Shown here piece after piece: positions 27,056 to 38,870 of a stretch of DNA of 64,000 bases. The DNA is from Bdellovibrionales bacterium (GTDB lineage: Bacteria > Bdellovibrionota > Bdellovibrionia > Bdellovibrionales > UBA1609), in NCBI GenBank assembly GCA_965242635.1, contig OZ251471.1:1426769-1490768 (forward strand), written 5' to 3'. Within the stretch, counting starts at the first letter, position 1. Every line of letters begins with the position of its first letter. The notes below the pieces were generated by a model that had not been told where the DNA came from, did no database searches, and saw only the letters and a program-made list of their open reading frames with translations. The position numbers and the translations under genes are program-made.

Positions 27056-27145
27056 CCGCGAAAGCTGGCCGGTTATGATGAGTGCGTCGAAGCTTGCAAA
27101 GCAGACGGTTATGATTGTGACGGTTGCAGGAATGCCTGTAAATAA
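27056..27145 (+). pseudogene. 3' fragment of a third Cys-rich lipoprotein paralogue, truncated by a REP element
   Basis: Translates to 'RKLAGYDECVEACKADGYDCDGCRNACK*', compared with 'RKLAGFGTCVEACLDERLPNFGCRADCK' in 27232..27540. A REP half-site abuts at 27035-27066. Confidence 0.5.
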
Positions 27146-27231
27146 CCTTTTGGAATTTAAGGTTTCCTGGTTGACAAGCCGATAAACTGTGATATAGTGA
27201 GAAAAAACCATTTACCTTTTGGAGGTGCATT

Positions 27232-27540
27232 ATGAAAGTTCTTATAATTTTTCTTAGTCTGGTGTTTGTGGCGGGCTGTGTGACAGCCAAAAAAAGAGAC
27301 TTGTCCTCTCCCAAAACAGAATCACTAAAAAGTGAACCTGTTTCAAACACTTCCCGGAAACTGGCAGGGTTTGGAACTTGTGTGGAGGCATGTTTAGATG
27401 AACGGTTACCAAATTTTGGATGCCGGGCGGATTGTAAAGCAAAGTTTAGTACAGCAATAAATAGAAAGATTTGTATTAACCGGTGCAAAACAGAGGATTT
27501 TAAACAAATAGAAAAGTCTTGTCTAAGAGATTGTTCATAA
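27232..27540 (+). CDS. Small Cys-rich lipoprotein (paralogue 1)
   Basis: 'MKVLIIFLSLVFVAGC' lipobox, GGAGG RBS, 9 Cys in the mature part. Confidence 0.65.
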   Translation: MKVLIIFLSLVFVAGCVTAKKRDLSSPKTESLKSEPVSNTSRKLAGFGTCVEACLDERLPNFGCRADCKAKFSTAINRKICINRCKTEDFKQIEKSCLRDCS

Positions 27541-27592
27541 ACCTTTAGACATGATATAGTGAGAAAAAACTTTAACCTTTTGGAGGGGCATT

Positions 27593-27874
27593 ATGAAAGC
27601 TCTTATAATTTTTCTTAGTCTGGCGTTTGTGGCGGGCTGTGTGACCGGAGGATCAGCAAAACGGGCTGTGGCTTGGGATTTGAGACAACAGTTCAGATAC
27701 AACTGTGATAAGTATGAAGACAAAAGAACATGTCTTGATTTATATCAGTATTTAAAAAGAAGGACGAAAAAAGGAAAAGGAGACAGAAGATTTGCTCTTT
27801 GGTGTGGTTCAAACTGCTCAGATAATAACTTTAGCACCTGTGTTTTTGATTGTGTTGATAAAGCTATGTATTAG
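27593..27874 (+). CDS. Small Cys-rich lipoprotein (paralogue 2)
   Basis: 'MKALIIFLSLAFVAGC'. The 5' UTR and signal region are almost identical to paralogue 1; the mature part is unrelated. Confidence 0.65.
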   Translation: MKALIIFLSLAFVAGCVTGGSAKRAVAWDLRQQFRYNCDKYEDKRTCLDLYQYLKRRTKKGKGDRRFALWCGSNCSDNNFSTCVFDCVDKAMY

Positions 27875-27964
27875 GTAAAATCTTGCTTTGCGGGATGTTT
27901 TGAGAGGCTGAATTTTGCGACCGCATGCTGGTCCTCTCATTTTTTCTGCCGGAAAAAATCCATA

Positions 27965-28600
27965 CTAAAGCCCAGATTCTGTTTCATGGTCCATTATCTC
28001 TTTTTCAATCTCTTGGGCCAGTTTTTCATTCCCCTGGCGGTTTTTGTCTCTCTTTATGAAGTCATATATAATTTCTGAAAGGGCTATTTCTGAAATGGTT
28101 GTTTTAATAACAGTGTTGCGGACTATACTCCTGGCCAGTATCCGGGCCTTTATTTTCCAGCTGGCTTTATAAAAGATTTCTGATTGATACGCTTGCCGGA
28201 CAATATCTATTATTTCAAAGGATGTTTCCGTGCCGTGGTAAATTTGTGTGGCTCTGTGAAGTCCCTTTGATAGAGTGCCTTTTGTGAGGATAGCTCCAGT
28301 AAAAAGTCCAGCTCCTACAGGGCTTATTTTATAATTTTTTACTTTTTTCAAGCCTTTTGATAAGGTTCTTTTAAGTAAAATTCCTTTAATAAATTCCTCC
28401 GTTGTTCCTGACTCCAAGATACTCAGATAAGGTATCCTTATAAAAGTTTTTATAAACAAAGTCAAAAAAAAATAAAAAAACTTGAATTTTTTAGTAAAGT
28501 GTGAAAAATTTACACTAAGTGTGAAATTTTTATGGAGCGTGTCAGTCCTCAACAAGAGATGGCATGTCTCTAATGACCCCCGCGTGTCTGGAGGGCACAA
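27965..28600 (-). CDS. AT-rich hypothetical ORF (start very uncertain, probably shorter)
   Basis: Only an ORF call. Internal repeat 'KRTLSKGLKK / TKGTLSKGLHR'. No internal ATG. Confidence 0.3.
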   Translation of the reverse strand: MCPPDTRGSLETCHLLLRTDTLHKNFTLSVNFSHFTKKFKFFYFFLTLFIKTFIRIPYLSILESGTTEEFIKGILLKRTLSKGLKKVKNYKISPVGAGLFTGAILTKGTLSKGLHRATQIYHGTETSFEIIDIVRQAYQSEIFYKASWKIKARILARSIVRNTVIKTTISEIALSEIIYDFIKRDKNRQGNEKLAQEIEKEIMDHETESGL

Positions 28601-28605
28601 AGAGG

Positions 28606-30780
<2,175 letters not shown>

Positions 30781-30815
30781 TTATTGGCCAATGACAAATG
30801 GCTGTGATAAAAACT

Positions 30816-31796
30816 TCAGTCCTTAAAACTTAAAGCCTTGAGCAGAGGATGAAAGGCCACAGGCCATGGAATCTCAAAACGAAGAGGCTTTTTGTGGATG
30901 GGATGGGAAAACTCAAGCTCCGCTGAATAAAGAGCCAGCCCTTTGAAGGAAAAAAGCTCTTTTTTTAAGTTCAAAGCCTCCAAGTGTTTTTTCTGCTGGC
31001 GAGCAGGAAAGTAAAGGCTATCCCCCAGGATGGGCAGGCCCCGGCTTTTTAAGTGCACTCTCACCTGATGGGTCCGACCCGTCTCCAGCCGGCACTCCAT
31101 AAGGTGGATTTTGCCCTTAAAGGACTTTATCAGACGACAATGGGTGATGGCTTTTTTGGCACCCTTTTTTTCCTGCTCAAAAGAATAAAACTTTTTTCTG
31201 TCTTTTGTATGCCGTCCTATAAAACTGCTAATGGGGGAGGGGATTTCTTTGAATGTGCCACAAGTGAGGGTGTGATAAAGCCTGTGGATTTTTTTTTGTT
31301 TGAACTGCTCTATCAAAAGCTCCTCCGCTTTTTTGGTTTTACTTAAAATCATCAGCCCGCTCACATCCTTATCCAGCCGGTGCACAATACCCGGTCTTAA
31401 AGGAGCCACACCAGAGGATAAAGTGGTTTTATGAAAGAGAGCATTCACCAAAGTGTCATGCTTATGCCCTGGCCCCGGATGCACAGTCAGGCCAGTGGGC
31501 TTGTTTATCACCAATAAATGCTCATCCTCAAATAAAATGTGGACTGGAAAAATATAAGGCTTTAACACCAAAGGCTCTTTGGCTGAAAAATCCTCAGAGC
31601 AGGTGATAAAGTAAATCTCCCCCGCCCTGACTTTGTGCGAAGCTTTTTTGATGACAGAAAAGCCCTGTCCCTTCACCAGTCCTTTTTTGATGGCATGTTC
31701 GGCCTGAGATCGGCTTTGGAAAAAAGAGGACAAAAAAGTGTCCACCCTCAGGCCCTCCTGTTCCAAAGTCACCACTATTTTCTTTTGTCTGCTCAT
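30816..31796 (-). CDS. rluD: RluA-family 23S rRNA pseudouridine synthase (RluD-like)
   Basis: N-terminal S4 domain. Catalytic 'HRLDKDVSGLMIL'. 'GRTHQVRVHL'. Confidence 0.85.
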   Translation of the reverse strand: MSRQKKIVVTLEQEGLRVDTFLSSFFQSRSQAEHAIKKGLVKGQGFSVIKKASHKVRAGEIYFITCSEDFSAKEPLVLKPYIFPVHILFEDEHLLVINKPTGLTVHPGPGHKHDTLVNALFHKTTLSSGVAPLRPGIVHRLDKDVSGLMILSKTKKAEELLIEQFKQKKIHRLYHTLTCGTFKEIPSPISSFIGRHTKDRKKFYSFEQEKKGAKKAITHCRLIKSFKGKIHLMECRLETGRTHQVRVHLKSRGLPILGDSLYFPARQQKKHLEALNLKKELFSFKGLALYSAELEFSHPIHKKPLRFEIPWPVAFHPLLKALSFKD

Positions 31797-31810
31797 CTCT
31801 TTGGTCTGGT

Positions 31811-32596
31811 TTACATTTTCCGGAGGACAGGGACGGGGGACCTCAAATACACAGGGGCCAATTTTCGCCAGTCCATTAAGCCTGATGGATCAAACTCCCT
31901 TTGCAGTAACCGGGCCAAAAACCGGATCTCCGGCACCACATACTCCTCCCGGACAGTCACTTTTCTTTTTAAGCTGAGGGGCATAAGCTTTTCAGACACC
32001 GGCCAGCCATCCCCCACGCACACACATTCTGTTTCGATCCGGCCTGCCAAGTCCTCCGGCAACACCACACAAGGGGATATTATCTCCTTCAGCCGGCTCT
32101 CTTTTTTTTGATACAAGGCCATGTAAAGGCTTTTCTTAAAGGCGTTCATCAGAACCAAAATGGGCCTCCTGCTCGATTCAAACTGGGACTCAGCCAGTAT
32201 TTTAAGGGAGGACACAGGGTAAAGAGGGACTTGAGATATAAAGTTTAAGCTCCTGGCAAAGCTCACCCCCACCCTTGTGCCAGTCCACCGCCCCGGCCCC
32301 ACCCCCAGAGATAAAAATGTGTGCTCTGTCAGGTCTTTTTGAGTTAAAAAAGAGGGAGTTCCCAATGCTTTTTTTTTAACTGTGGCCGGCTTTTTCAAAT
32401 GCGGATCGCCAGAAGAATGAGGAGCTGGAAACAAAGATTCAAAAGCAGGGTTAAGACAGGCACTGTGATCCCCTTCCCATGTGTGAATCTTTATGGGCCG
32501 AATATCTGAAGTGTCCCTTTTAAAAGAATAAAGCCCCAGTGCACCTTTGGCACTGCTGGTCTCCATAATCAAACAAAATTTTTTTTTAAACTTCAT
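31811..32596 (-). CDS. tsaB: tRNA t6A biosynthesis protein TsaB (YeaZ-like)
   Basis: 'LIMETSSAKGALGLY', 'GVGPGRWTGTRVGVSFARSL'. Carries a lineage-specific insertion. Confidence 0.7.
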   Translation of the reverse strand: MKFKKKFCLIMETSSAKGALGLYSFKRDTSDIRPIKIHTWEGDHSACLNPAFESLFPAPHSSGDPHLKKPATVKKKALGTPSFLTQKDLTEHTFLSLGVGPGRWTGTRVGVSFARSLNFISQVPLYPVSSLKILAESQFESSRRPILVLMNAFKKSLYMALYQKKESRLKEIISPCVVLPEDLAGRIETECVCVGDGWPVSEKLMPLSLKRKVTVREEYVVPEIRFLARLLQREFDPSGLMDWRKLAPVYLRSPVPVLRKM

Positions 32597-34065
32597 TAGT
32601 AAAACAACAGTTCCCTCTGAATTTGAGAGAACACCTGATTCCAGTCCTCCACCACAATAGAGATCTGTCGTGCTCTTTCTTCTTTGTTATCAGAGAATTT
32701 TTTTAAACCATTAAAAGTAAAGCGGTTGTATCCTGTTTCTGTATTTAAGATACTCTCCAGTCTTTTCTGCATGCTCTCAGGGCTTTCATGAGCAAAAGCT
32801 ATACCGGAACCACTTTCATGCGTCAACATAAAATAAGCCAATTCCACATGCTTTCTTTTTTCTGCTGATAGATCTTCCTTTAACTCCATCAAACGGTTAT
32901 GAAACTGCTCATGTGCTGTGTAAGAGGCTGTGACTGTTAATCTCATTGATAAAAGAGCATGCAAAACATCATGTAAAGTAAACTCAAAAGGCGGATAGTT
33001 GGGAATGCCCTCCATTGTGTTCACTCTATAGCTTAAGCCAATAGGGTGCACCCCCACCGGACCGGATTCATTAAGAGCTATTATGCCCACTGTGTCCCGG
33101 ACAGGGACAACTATTACCAATGGAAAATACTCCATAAAAGCCTCCTGATCCTGTTCTGCCTTGCTTGTGCGGACCAATTTTGGTTCAGAGTGTTCATAAT
33201 GGATAGTCCTTGATAAATCCATGTTAAATTTCAGCCACCATTGATAGGTGAGGGCCTGGTTTCGGATCGCTTTATTGGCTCTTTTTTCCAGCTTGTTCAG
33301 TTTGTTTTGGGCTTTGGTTTTCAGTTCAGCAGAGGGCAAAAGAGCTATCCCTTCTCTCATATAGGCCATATAAGATGAGATGTATTCTTCCAGGTAATCA
33401 ATATGGGTTTTATAGGGGTTGACCAAGGTTTCCTGAAACTGTTTCCTTAAACTGTTCCATTTGTTCAGCTCATCAATCTGCCTTGTGTAGGCAGAACCAA
33501 AGCCCTCGGTTTTTAATGTTTGTTCTTTGGCTGTGTGGGGAATATCAAGGTCTTCATCAAATATTCTTTCTCTTTCTGATTTAAGAGAGGAGAAGGTGGC
33601 GGCTATGTCCGGCCGGCCCTGCATGGCTATTCCAGTGAATAAGGAATTATGGGGGGAGGTGAGGTAAAAGGAGCCGTTTTTTTGCTCTTGCAGGTGGACT
33701 TGAATGCGCTGAATTTGACCGGAGGCAGGTTCTGTAATTTCCGCAACAGCACTGTTTGAACCAACTTTTTCAATAATCCGGCCCAAAGGTATTCGGGGAG
33801 GGAAAAACATGTGCCTGACCACAAAATAAGCCCTGCCCTCTGAGAAATCCCCTGCTCTGAAATTGTCGCCAAAGCTGAGCTTTGGGTCTCTCAACAGAGC
33901 CTTTGGCTTTGCCACTTTTTTGGCCCTTTCTTTATGGAAAGGGGGCTTTGCCGGGGCCTCAAAGGCTTTGGCACATGAGGGGGCTACTGTGTTTAACTCC
34001 TGTGCCTGAGTCAAAGGCACATGGAGCACACAGCTCAACAAAACCATTGCAATAAATGTTTTCAT
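32596..34065 (-). CDS. Secreted hypothetical protein (489 aa)
   Basis: Signal peptide 'MKTFIAMVLLSCVLHVPLTQAQE'. 1-nt stop/start overlap with tsaB. Confidence 0.6.
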   Translation of the reverse strand: MKTFIAMVLLSCVLHVPLTQAQELNTVAPSCAKAFEAPAKPPFHKERAKKVAKPKALLRDPKLSFGDNFRAGDFSEGRAYFVVRHMFFPPRIPLGRIIEKVGSNSAVAEITEPASGQIQRIQVHLQEQKNGSFYLTSPHNSLFTGIAMQGRPDIAATFSSLKSERERIFDEDLDIPHTAKEQTLKTEGFGSAYTRQIDELNKWNSLRKQFQETLVNPYKTHIDYLEEYISSYMAYMREGIALLPSAELKTKAQNKLNKLEKRANKAIRNQALTYQWWLKFNMDLSRTIHYEHSEPKLVRTSKAEQDQEAFMEYFPLVIVVPVRDTVGIIALNESGPVGVHPIGLSYRVNTMEGIPNYPPFEFTLHDVLHALLSMRLTVTASYTAHEQFHNRLMELKEDLSAEKRKHVELAYFMLTHESGSGIAFAHESPESMQKRLESILNTETGYNRFTFNGLKKFSDNKEERARQISIVVEDWNQVFSQIQRELLFY

Positions 34066-34116
34066 GGTGACTTTTTGTTATGTAAAAAGATCTGTTTGAT
34101 CCATCCTCAAGAAGGC

Positions 34117-34449
34117 TCAATCACAGGACATGGTCATTTCTTCCATTCCCCATCCCTCTTGTCGTTTGAAAACAAGCACGGGTGACTTGTCGGTGCGTCT
34201 AATAATCGATCGTATTCTATGGAAGGCTGTCCATTTTTTGTATTGAAAGTCTCCTCCTGGGACCTTACAGCCCACAGCCACTATCAAAAAGGCAGGGGAT
34301 CCATGGTCGACACGATGGAGGGAAAAGTCTGTATCTGTAATCTCCTCACACAATGCCGGGACATGCACGACACATTCTTCAACTGCCATGGCCTGAAAAG
34401 CACTCAGGCTCAATATAACAGCCAACAGTCCGATAATTTGGTTTTTCAT
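34117..34449 (-). CDS. Small secreted hypothetical protein
   Basis: Signal peptide 'MKNQIIGLLAVILSLSAFQAMAVEE'. Confidence 0.55.
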   Translation of the reverse strand: MKNQIIGLLAVILSLSAFQAMAVEECVVHVPALCEEITDTDFSLHRVDHGSPAFLIVAVGCKVPGGDFQYKKWTAFHRIRSIIRRTDKSPVLVFKRQEGWGMEEMTMSCD

Positions 34450-34764
34450 TGATAGCCTCCTGTTTTAGTCGATTGTTTATGTGATTCGTTTCTGGCTGAA
34501 AATGACTACCAAAAACAGGGTGGGCTGACAACTTTTTTTTAAGAACAGGCCACTTTTTTTGAAGAGAGGGGTGTAAAATTTTCACTCTTTTCAGAAAAAC
34601 CGCCTCTTTTTGGATTCCTGGCCCCTGCAAACACCACACCTGCTTAAACCAAGCTGGCTTGGGGACAGGCAGAGCCCTTGGGGTTTGATTTGTGATGGCC
34701 CTCGTGTCGGGAGAGACAGAGTTGACGCAACTTTTGATCGTGACATTTTGACAGGCGTTGTGGG

Positions 34765-36423
34765 TTACCAGAGGAAGAACCAGTTGTGGATATCGTTGAA
34801 AGTGGTGAAGATCAAAAGAAAAAGCACAAACACCACCCCCACCTGTTGAACAATCAGCATCTTTTTCATACTGAGAGGTGCACCGTTAAAAAACTCAATC
34901 ACATAAAACATCAGGTGGCCTCCGTCAAAGAGAGGGATGGGGAGAATATTGAGCAAAAACAGCTGAACCGACAAAATGGCCATAAGCTTGACAAAAGTGG
35001 ACAGCCCATGAGAATAACTGCTATAGGCGGCCCGTCCTATGGAAACCGCCCCGCCCAGAGTTTTCCGGGACACTTCTCCGGTGGCAAACCTTTTAATGTA
35101 AATGCCAATAAGTGCCAGGTAGTAAAAAGTTTTATCCGTTCCTGTAACCAAAGCCTTGAGAGGGTTTTTTTGTATTTCTGTGTGATAGCCTCCAACAGGG
35201 GAGTAAGGCTCACGGGCCACAATCCCCACCATGTATTCCCGGTGCTCCACACCATTGACAATTTGTGTTCTCTTCTCCGGTGCCATGGAAAAGAGTATAA
35301 GTTTTCCCTCTCTTTTGACTTCCATCTGAAGAGGCCCTTTATCCTCATCAAAATCATGAATCTGGCTGACCAGAAAGTTCCAGTCCGGGACTCTCTGCCC
35401 ATTGACTTTAAAGACAAAGTCCCCTTCCTTTAAGCCCGCTTTGTCCCCAGCCCCCCCCTTCTTCACACCTGCAATAAACACATCAGAGCGGGTAAGCCCC
35501 AATTGCTCCATGTGTTTGTAATTTGAAGGTTTTTTTAAGGTGAAAGTATGTGTTTCCTCCCCTCTTTTGACAGTGAGTTTGTAGTGAGAGCTTTTGTGGG
35601 ATTCCTCAGGGCTTAGCATGTGAAAGAGCGATTTTCTGTCCCGGACGGGCTTTTCATTGACCGATAAAATTTCATCAAAGGTTTTAAGGCCGGCCTGGCC
35701 CGCCGGGCTTTCCGGGCCCGTAACACCCACCATAGCCTGTGGGGCAAAAAAATCCAGCCCGGCCAGAACACCACCTGACTCCACAAAGCCCCATCGGCCC
35801 GTGGTGGTCCCTGTTTGTGTGAGTGCTTTCAACGTTTTAATCTCTCCGGAAACACTTTGCACTTTCAGGCTGATTTCGCTGTTGGGTTTGTAAAATATAA
35901 GCTCTCTCACCTTTGTCGCACTGCTGACAGGGGTCCCATTAACGGATAACAGACGATCCCCATGTCTTAAACCGGCCTCAAAGGCCGAAGAGGAAGGGGC
36001 CAGATCACCTATGACAGGCTGGACATGTGTTTCCCCCACACTCATGCTTAAAGCGGCAAAGAGCACTATAGCCAAAAAGAAATTCATTAAAGGCCCGGCC
36101 AGCACAATGGCCGTCCTCTGCCAGAGTTTTTTATGCAAAAAAGCCACTGATTTTTCATGCTCCGCCACTTCCTTTGTGTAGTCATGCCCGAACATTTTGA
36201 CATACCCACCCAAGGGGAAAAGACTGATGCAGTAAACCGTGTCCCCTCTTTTCCATTTCAGGAGTTTTTTGCCAAAGCCAAGGCTGAACACTTCCACCCG
36301 GACCCCGCAAAGCCGGGCCACTATAAAATGGCCCCATTCGTGAATGAACACCAATATACCCAGTAAAACCACGAAGGGGAAAAGGGCACTCACCAGGCCC
36401 CAAAGGGAAAGAATTATACTCAT
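34765..36423 (-). CDS. rseP: RIP zinc metalloprotease RseP (site-2 protease, multiple PDZ)
   Basis: 'HEWGHFIVARLCG' (HExxH), PDZ segments, 'LNILPIPLFDGGH'. Confidence 0.9.
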   Translation of the reverse strand: MSIILSLWGLVSALFPFVVLLGILVFIHEWGHFIVARLCGVRVEVFSLGFGKKLLKWKRGDTVYCISLFPLGGYVKMFGHDYTKEVAEHEKSVAFLHKKLWQRTAIVLAGPLMNFFLAIVLFAALSMSVGETHVQPVIGDLAPSSSAFEAGLRHGDRLLSVNGTPVSSATKVRELIFYKPNSEISLKVQSVSGEIKTLKALTQTGTTTGRWGFVESGGVLAGLDFFAPQAMVGVTGPESPAGQAGLKTFDEILSVNEKPVRDRKSLFHMLSPEESHKSSHYKLTVKRGEETHTFTLKKPSNYKHMEQLGLTRSDVFIAGVKKGGAGDKAGLKEGDFVFKVNGQRVPDWNFLVSQIHDFDEDKGPLQMEVKREGKLILFSMAPEKRTQIVNGVEHREYMVGIVAREPYSPVGGYHTEIQKNPLKALVTGTDKTFYYLALIGIYIKRFATGEVSRKTLGGAVSIGRAAYSSYSHGLSTFVKLMAILSVQLFLLNILPIPLFDGGHLMFYVIEFFNGAPLSMKKMLIVQQVGVVFVLFLLIFTTFNDIHNWFFLW

Positions 36424-36459
36424 AAAAACACCTCTTCCATCACAATTTATGTTCTTTGC

Positions 36460-36765
36460 TCAGGCCAGTTTCACTTTATAGTCCAAGTCATGTTGACGGA
36501 GATAGTCCTGAACAACCACTTCCACCCAATAGGATTTCAACTCATTAAGAGCTGTGGCCATTTCTGCCACTTGAGCAGGGGAAGGGAGGCGACGACCGTT
36601 TTCATAATCACCAATAGCCCTCCGGCTGAGGCCACCCAGTTTTTTGCCCATTTCAGCTTGCGTAAGTTCCGCTGTGGCACGATAAGTATATAAGAGTTTG
36701 GCAAAAGTGACTGGCCCGTAATCACTTTCCATTTCTTTTGTTCCATAACGGCATTTAATAGTCAT
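36460..36765 (-). CDS. XRE-family HTH antitoxin (HigA-like)
   Basis: 'LTQAEMGKKLGGLSRRAIGDYENGRRLPS'. 11-nt overlap with the upstream toxin gene. Confidence 0.75.
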   Translation of the reverse strand: MTIKCRYGTKEMESDYGPVTFAKLLYTYRATAELTQAEMGKKLGGLSRRAIGDYENGRRLPSPAQVAEMATALNELKSYWVEVVVQDYLRQHDLDYKVKLA

Positions 36766-37036
36766 GGGGTATAACCTCTTTCACTGTTATAATCATCAAT
36801 TTGTGCTCTTTACTCATCGTGTAGATGAGTCGCCACTTTTTATTTAAATACACAGATCGCTGGCCTTTGTGCCGGCCCTTTAAAGAATGATCCCTGAAAC
36901 CTCTTGTTGCTTGGACAGCTGGCAAGCCTTCTTTTTCGATCATATCTGCCCATATTTGCACTTTGTGGCAAATAACGCGGGGGGTTTTCTTTAGGGACTT
37001 CCTGACCGGATCCAGAAAAACTCTGTATTTCACCAT
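36755..37036 (-). CDS. RelE/HigB-family type II toxin
   Basis: 93 aa, 'FRDHSLKGRHKGQRSVYLNKKWRLIY..ITVKEVIPHDY'. Toxin-first gene order. Confidence 0.75.
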   Translation of the reverse strand: MVKYRVFLDPVRKSLKKTPRVICHKVQIWADMIEKEGLPAVQATRGFRDHSLKGRHKGQRSVYLNKKWRLIYTMSKEHKLMIITVKEVIPHDY

Positions 37037-37089
37037 TTCCTCTTTAAAACATGGATTTTAATAAAAGGCAAGGGATTTTAATAAAAAAA

Positions 37090-38775
37090 TCATCGGCAGG
37101 AGGGGTAAGGGTTGTCTTTCCGGTATCTGGCCCACTGGCAAATGGAGGATTTGGCCAAGCCACCTTTTATCTCCCGGCCGGTCATTCTTTCCACATAGGC
37201 CAGATTACCAATCAGCCACTCCTTTTTTGTATCGCTCCTCAAATAATTCTTTATAAAAAACATCCTCTTAAGTTCCCAATCGTCCAGGTTAGCATTTAAT
37301 CCAAGCTCTTGCTTCATAGCCTTTTTCGCCTTCTGGTGGTAATGGTTGCTATTATAGGCAATAACGGCGTTTCGCCATTGGTTTCTTTGCTCTGGACTTA
37401 AGTCCGCCCAGCTTCCTCCAGGGGGCTCTTTTTTGCCATTGACCATTTTCCATTTGTCTTCCATTAACAGATGCAAAGCCTCCTCAAAATTACAATAAGG
37501 ATTTTCCAGACAGACCAGATCCCCCAACTCCGCTCTTTTTTCTGGTTTAGTGGTATATTGAGTGGATCCGTATTCTGAGGATTTTCTGTAGCCCCCACCT
37601 TCGCAGGCTTTTTTCTGGTCCCCTGTGCTTTGGCCTTTCAGCTCATTTTCTTTGCAAGATCTGAGCTTGGTGCTGTTTTCTGTATTGAGCTGAAAAAGCC
37701 CCCGGCTTTTTCCACCCTCATCTCCCGTAGCACCACAGGTCCCTGTGGATTCTCTCATCAGAATGGCAAACAGGATTTCCTTGGGCACACTGGCCTCTTT
37801 TGCTCTTTTCTCCATGTAAGAAACAAAATCCGCGACATCGACACCTTTGCACTCCTTGCAGAATTGGTTGACAACATCTTGAAACATGTTTCTGTTGTCC
37901 GTGGCTTCGTAGGATTTAACTTTAGCAGACACCGTTTCTAAAAATTTTTCAAAGGTGTGTTTCTCCACTCCTTTAACACATTTGATACAGGAGGTTCCGG
38001 CCTCTGTTTGACTGTCGAGCTCATCACAAGTGGGCTGTGTTGTGGATTTTTGGGATAAATCTCGGTTTTCTGGCACAGAAGGCTGGTCTTCTCTTGTGTC
38101 TATCGGCACTCTAAGTACAATTTCATGGCTACCGGTCGCAGGGAGGGCAGTGGTGTCTCCCTGACCCTTTGTGTCAGCAGTGCCAAGGGCGGATTTTTTG
38201 TCGGGAGGTGGAGGCGGAGGGGTCTGTTTTTTCGCCGGGCCGGATTGTTCTGGTTGTGTGGTTGCTGTTCCCTGTTGTGTGGTTGCTGTTCCCTGTTGTG
38301 ACTGACCTTGGCCTGTTGTGAGGCTTGGCTTGATCTTCACTTTTGTGACATCTATCATATATGTGTTGTCTCTTGAGCTGGAGCGACTTCTGCTCCTCCT
38401 TCTGCTTCTTTCGGTTCTGTCTCTTCTTCTTTCTCTGGAGCTTTCATAGCGGTCTTTGACTGAGAGGGGCACATAATAGGTGTCTTTGTCTGGCTCTTCA
38501 GGGACAGGCCCGGCCACACCATAGTTAAACAGCAGAAAATTCAGTGGATCTCCATACATATTGCCATGTCCGCCAGCCATATATTGCTCCATGATCCAGG
38601 GAGGAATGACCATTTGGGTGCCGGCGGGCAGGATGGGGCTGTTAAACGGCATAAGTCCTATGTCATCGGGACTGCGGTGGGTGGAGGTGGACTTGGATTT
38701 GGGCGAAGGGGTGCAGGAAAACAGCCCCACAGCCAAAAAAACCAGCAAAAAGAGGGTTTTAAAAACATGGTTCAT
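37090..38775 (-). CDS. Lipoprotein with lytic-transglycosylase (SLT)-like domain and low-complexity linkers
   Basis: Lipobox 'LAVGLFSC'. 'ILFAILMRESTG..SRGLFQL' matches the SLT E-S..GL(M/F)Q pattern. RS-rich stretch 'RRRDRTERSRRRSRSRSSSRD'. Confidence 0.65.
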   Translation of the reverse strand: MNHVFKTLFLLVFLAVGLFSCTPSPKSKSTSTHRSPDDIGLMPFNSPILPAGTQMVIPPWIMEQYMAGGHGNMYGDPLNFLLFNYGVAGPVPEEPDKDTYYVPLSVKDRYESSRERRRDRTERSRRRSRSRSSSRDNTYMIDVTKVKIKPSLTTGQGQSQQGTATTQQGTATTQPEQSGPAKKQTPPPPPPDKKSALGTADTKGQGDTTALPATGSHEIVLRVPIDTREDQPSVPENRDLSQKSTTQPTCDELDSQTEAGTSCIKCVKGVEKHTFEKFLETVSAKVKSYEATDNRNMFQDVVNQFCKECKGVDVADFVSYMEKRAKEASVPKEILFAILMRESTGTCGATGDEGGKSRGLFQLNTENSTKLRSCKENELKGQSTGDQKKACEGGGYRKSSEYGSTQYTTKPEKRAELGDLVCLENPYCNFEEALHLLMEDKWKMVNGKKEPPGGSWADLSPEQRNQWRNAVIAYNSNHYHQKAKKAMKQELGLNANLDDWELKRMFFIKNYLRSDTKKEWLIGNLAYVERMTGREIKGGLAKSSICQWARYRKDNPYPSCR

Positions 38776-38870
38776 ATAATATTGATCGAAAATTTAAGCC
38801 TCTGGCTTGAATAAAAAAAGAAAAACCCCTATTTTAGACCACACATTCTCCTGAAGAGGCTAAATTTTTT

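Noticed and set aside
26919-27488. 189-aa minus-strand ORF
   Set aside because: It runs antisense through the REP element (giving the tell-tale 'RPAFAGMT' peptide) and through the well-supported lipoprotein gene 27232..27540.
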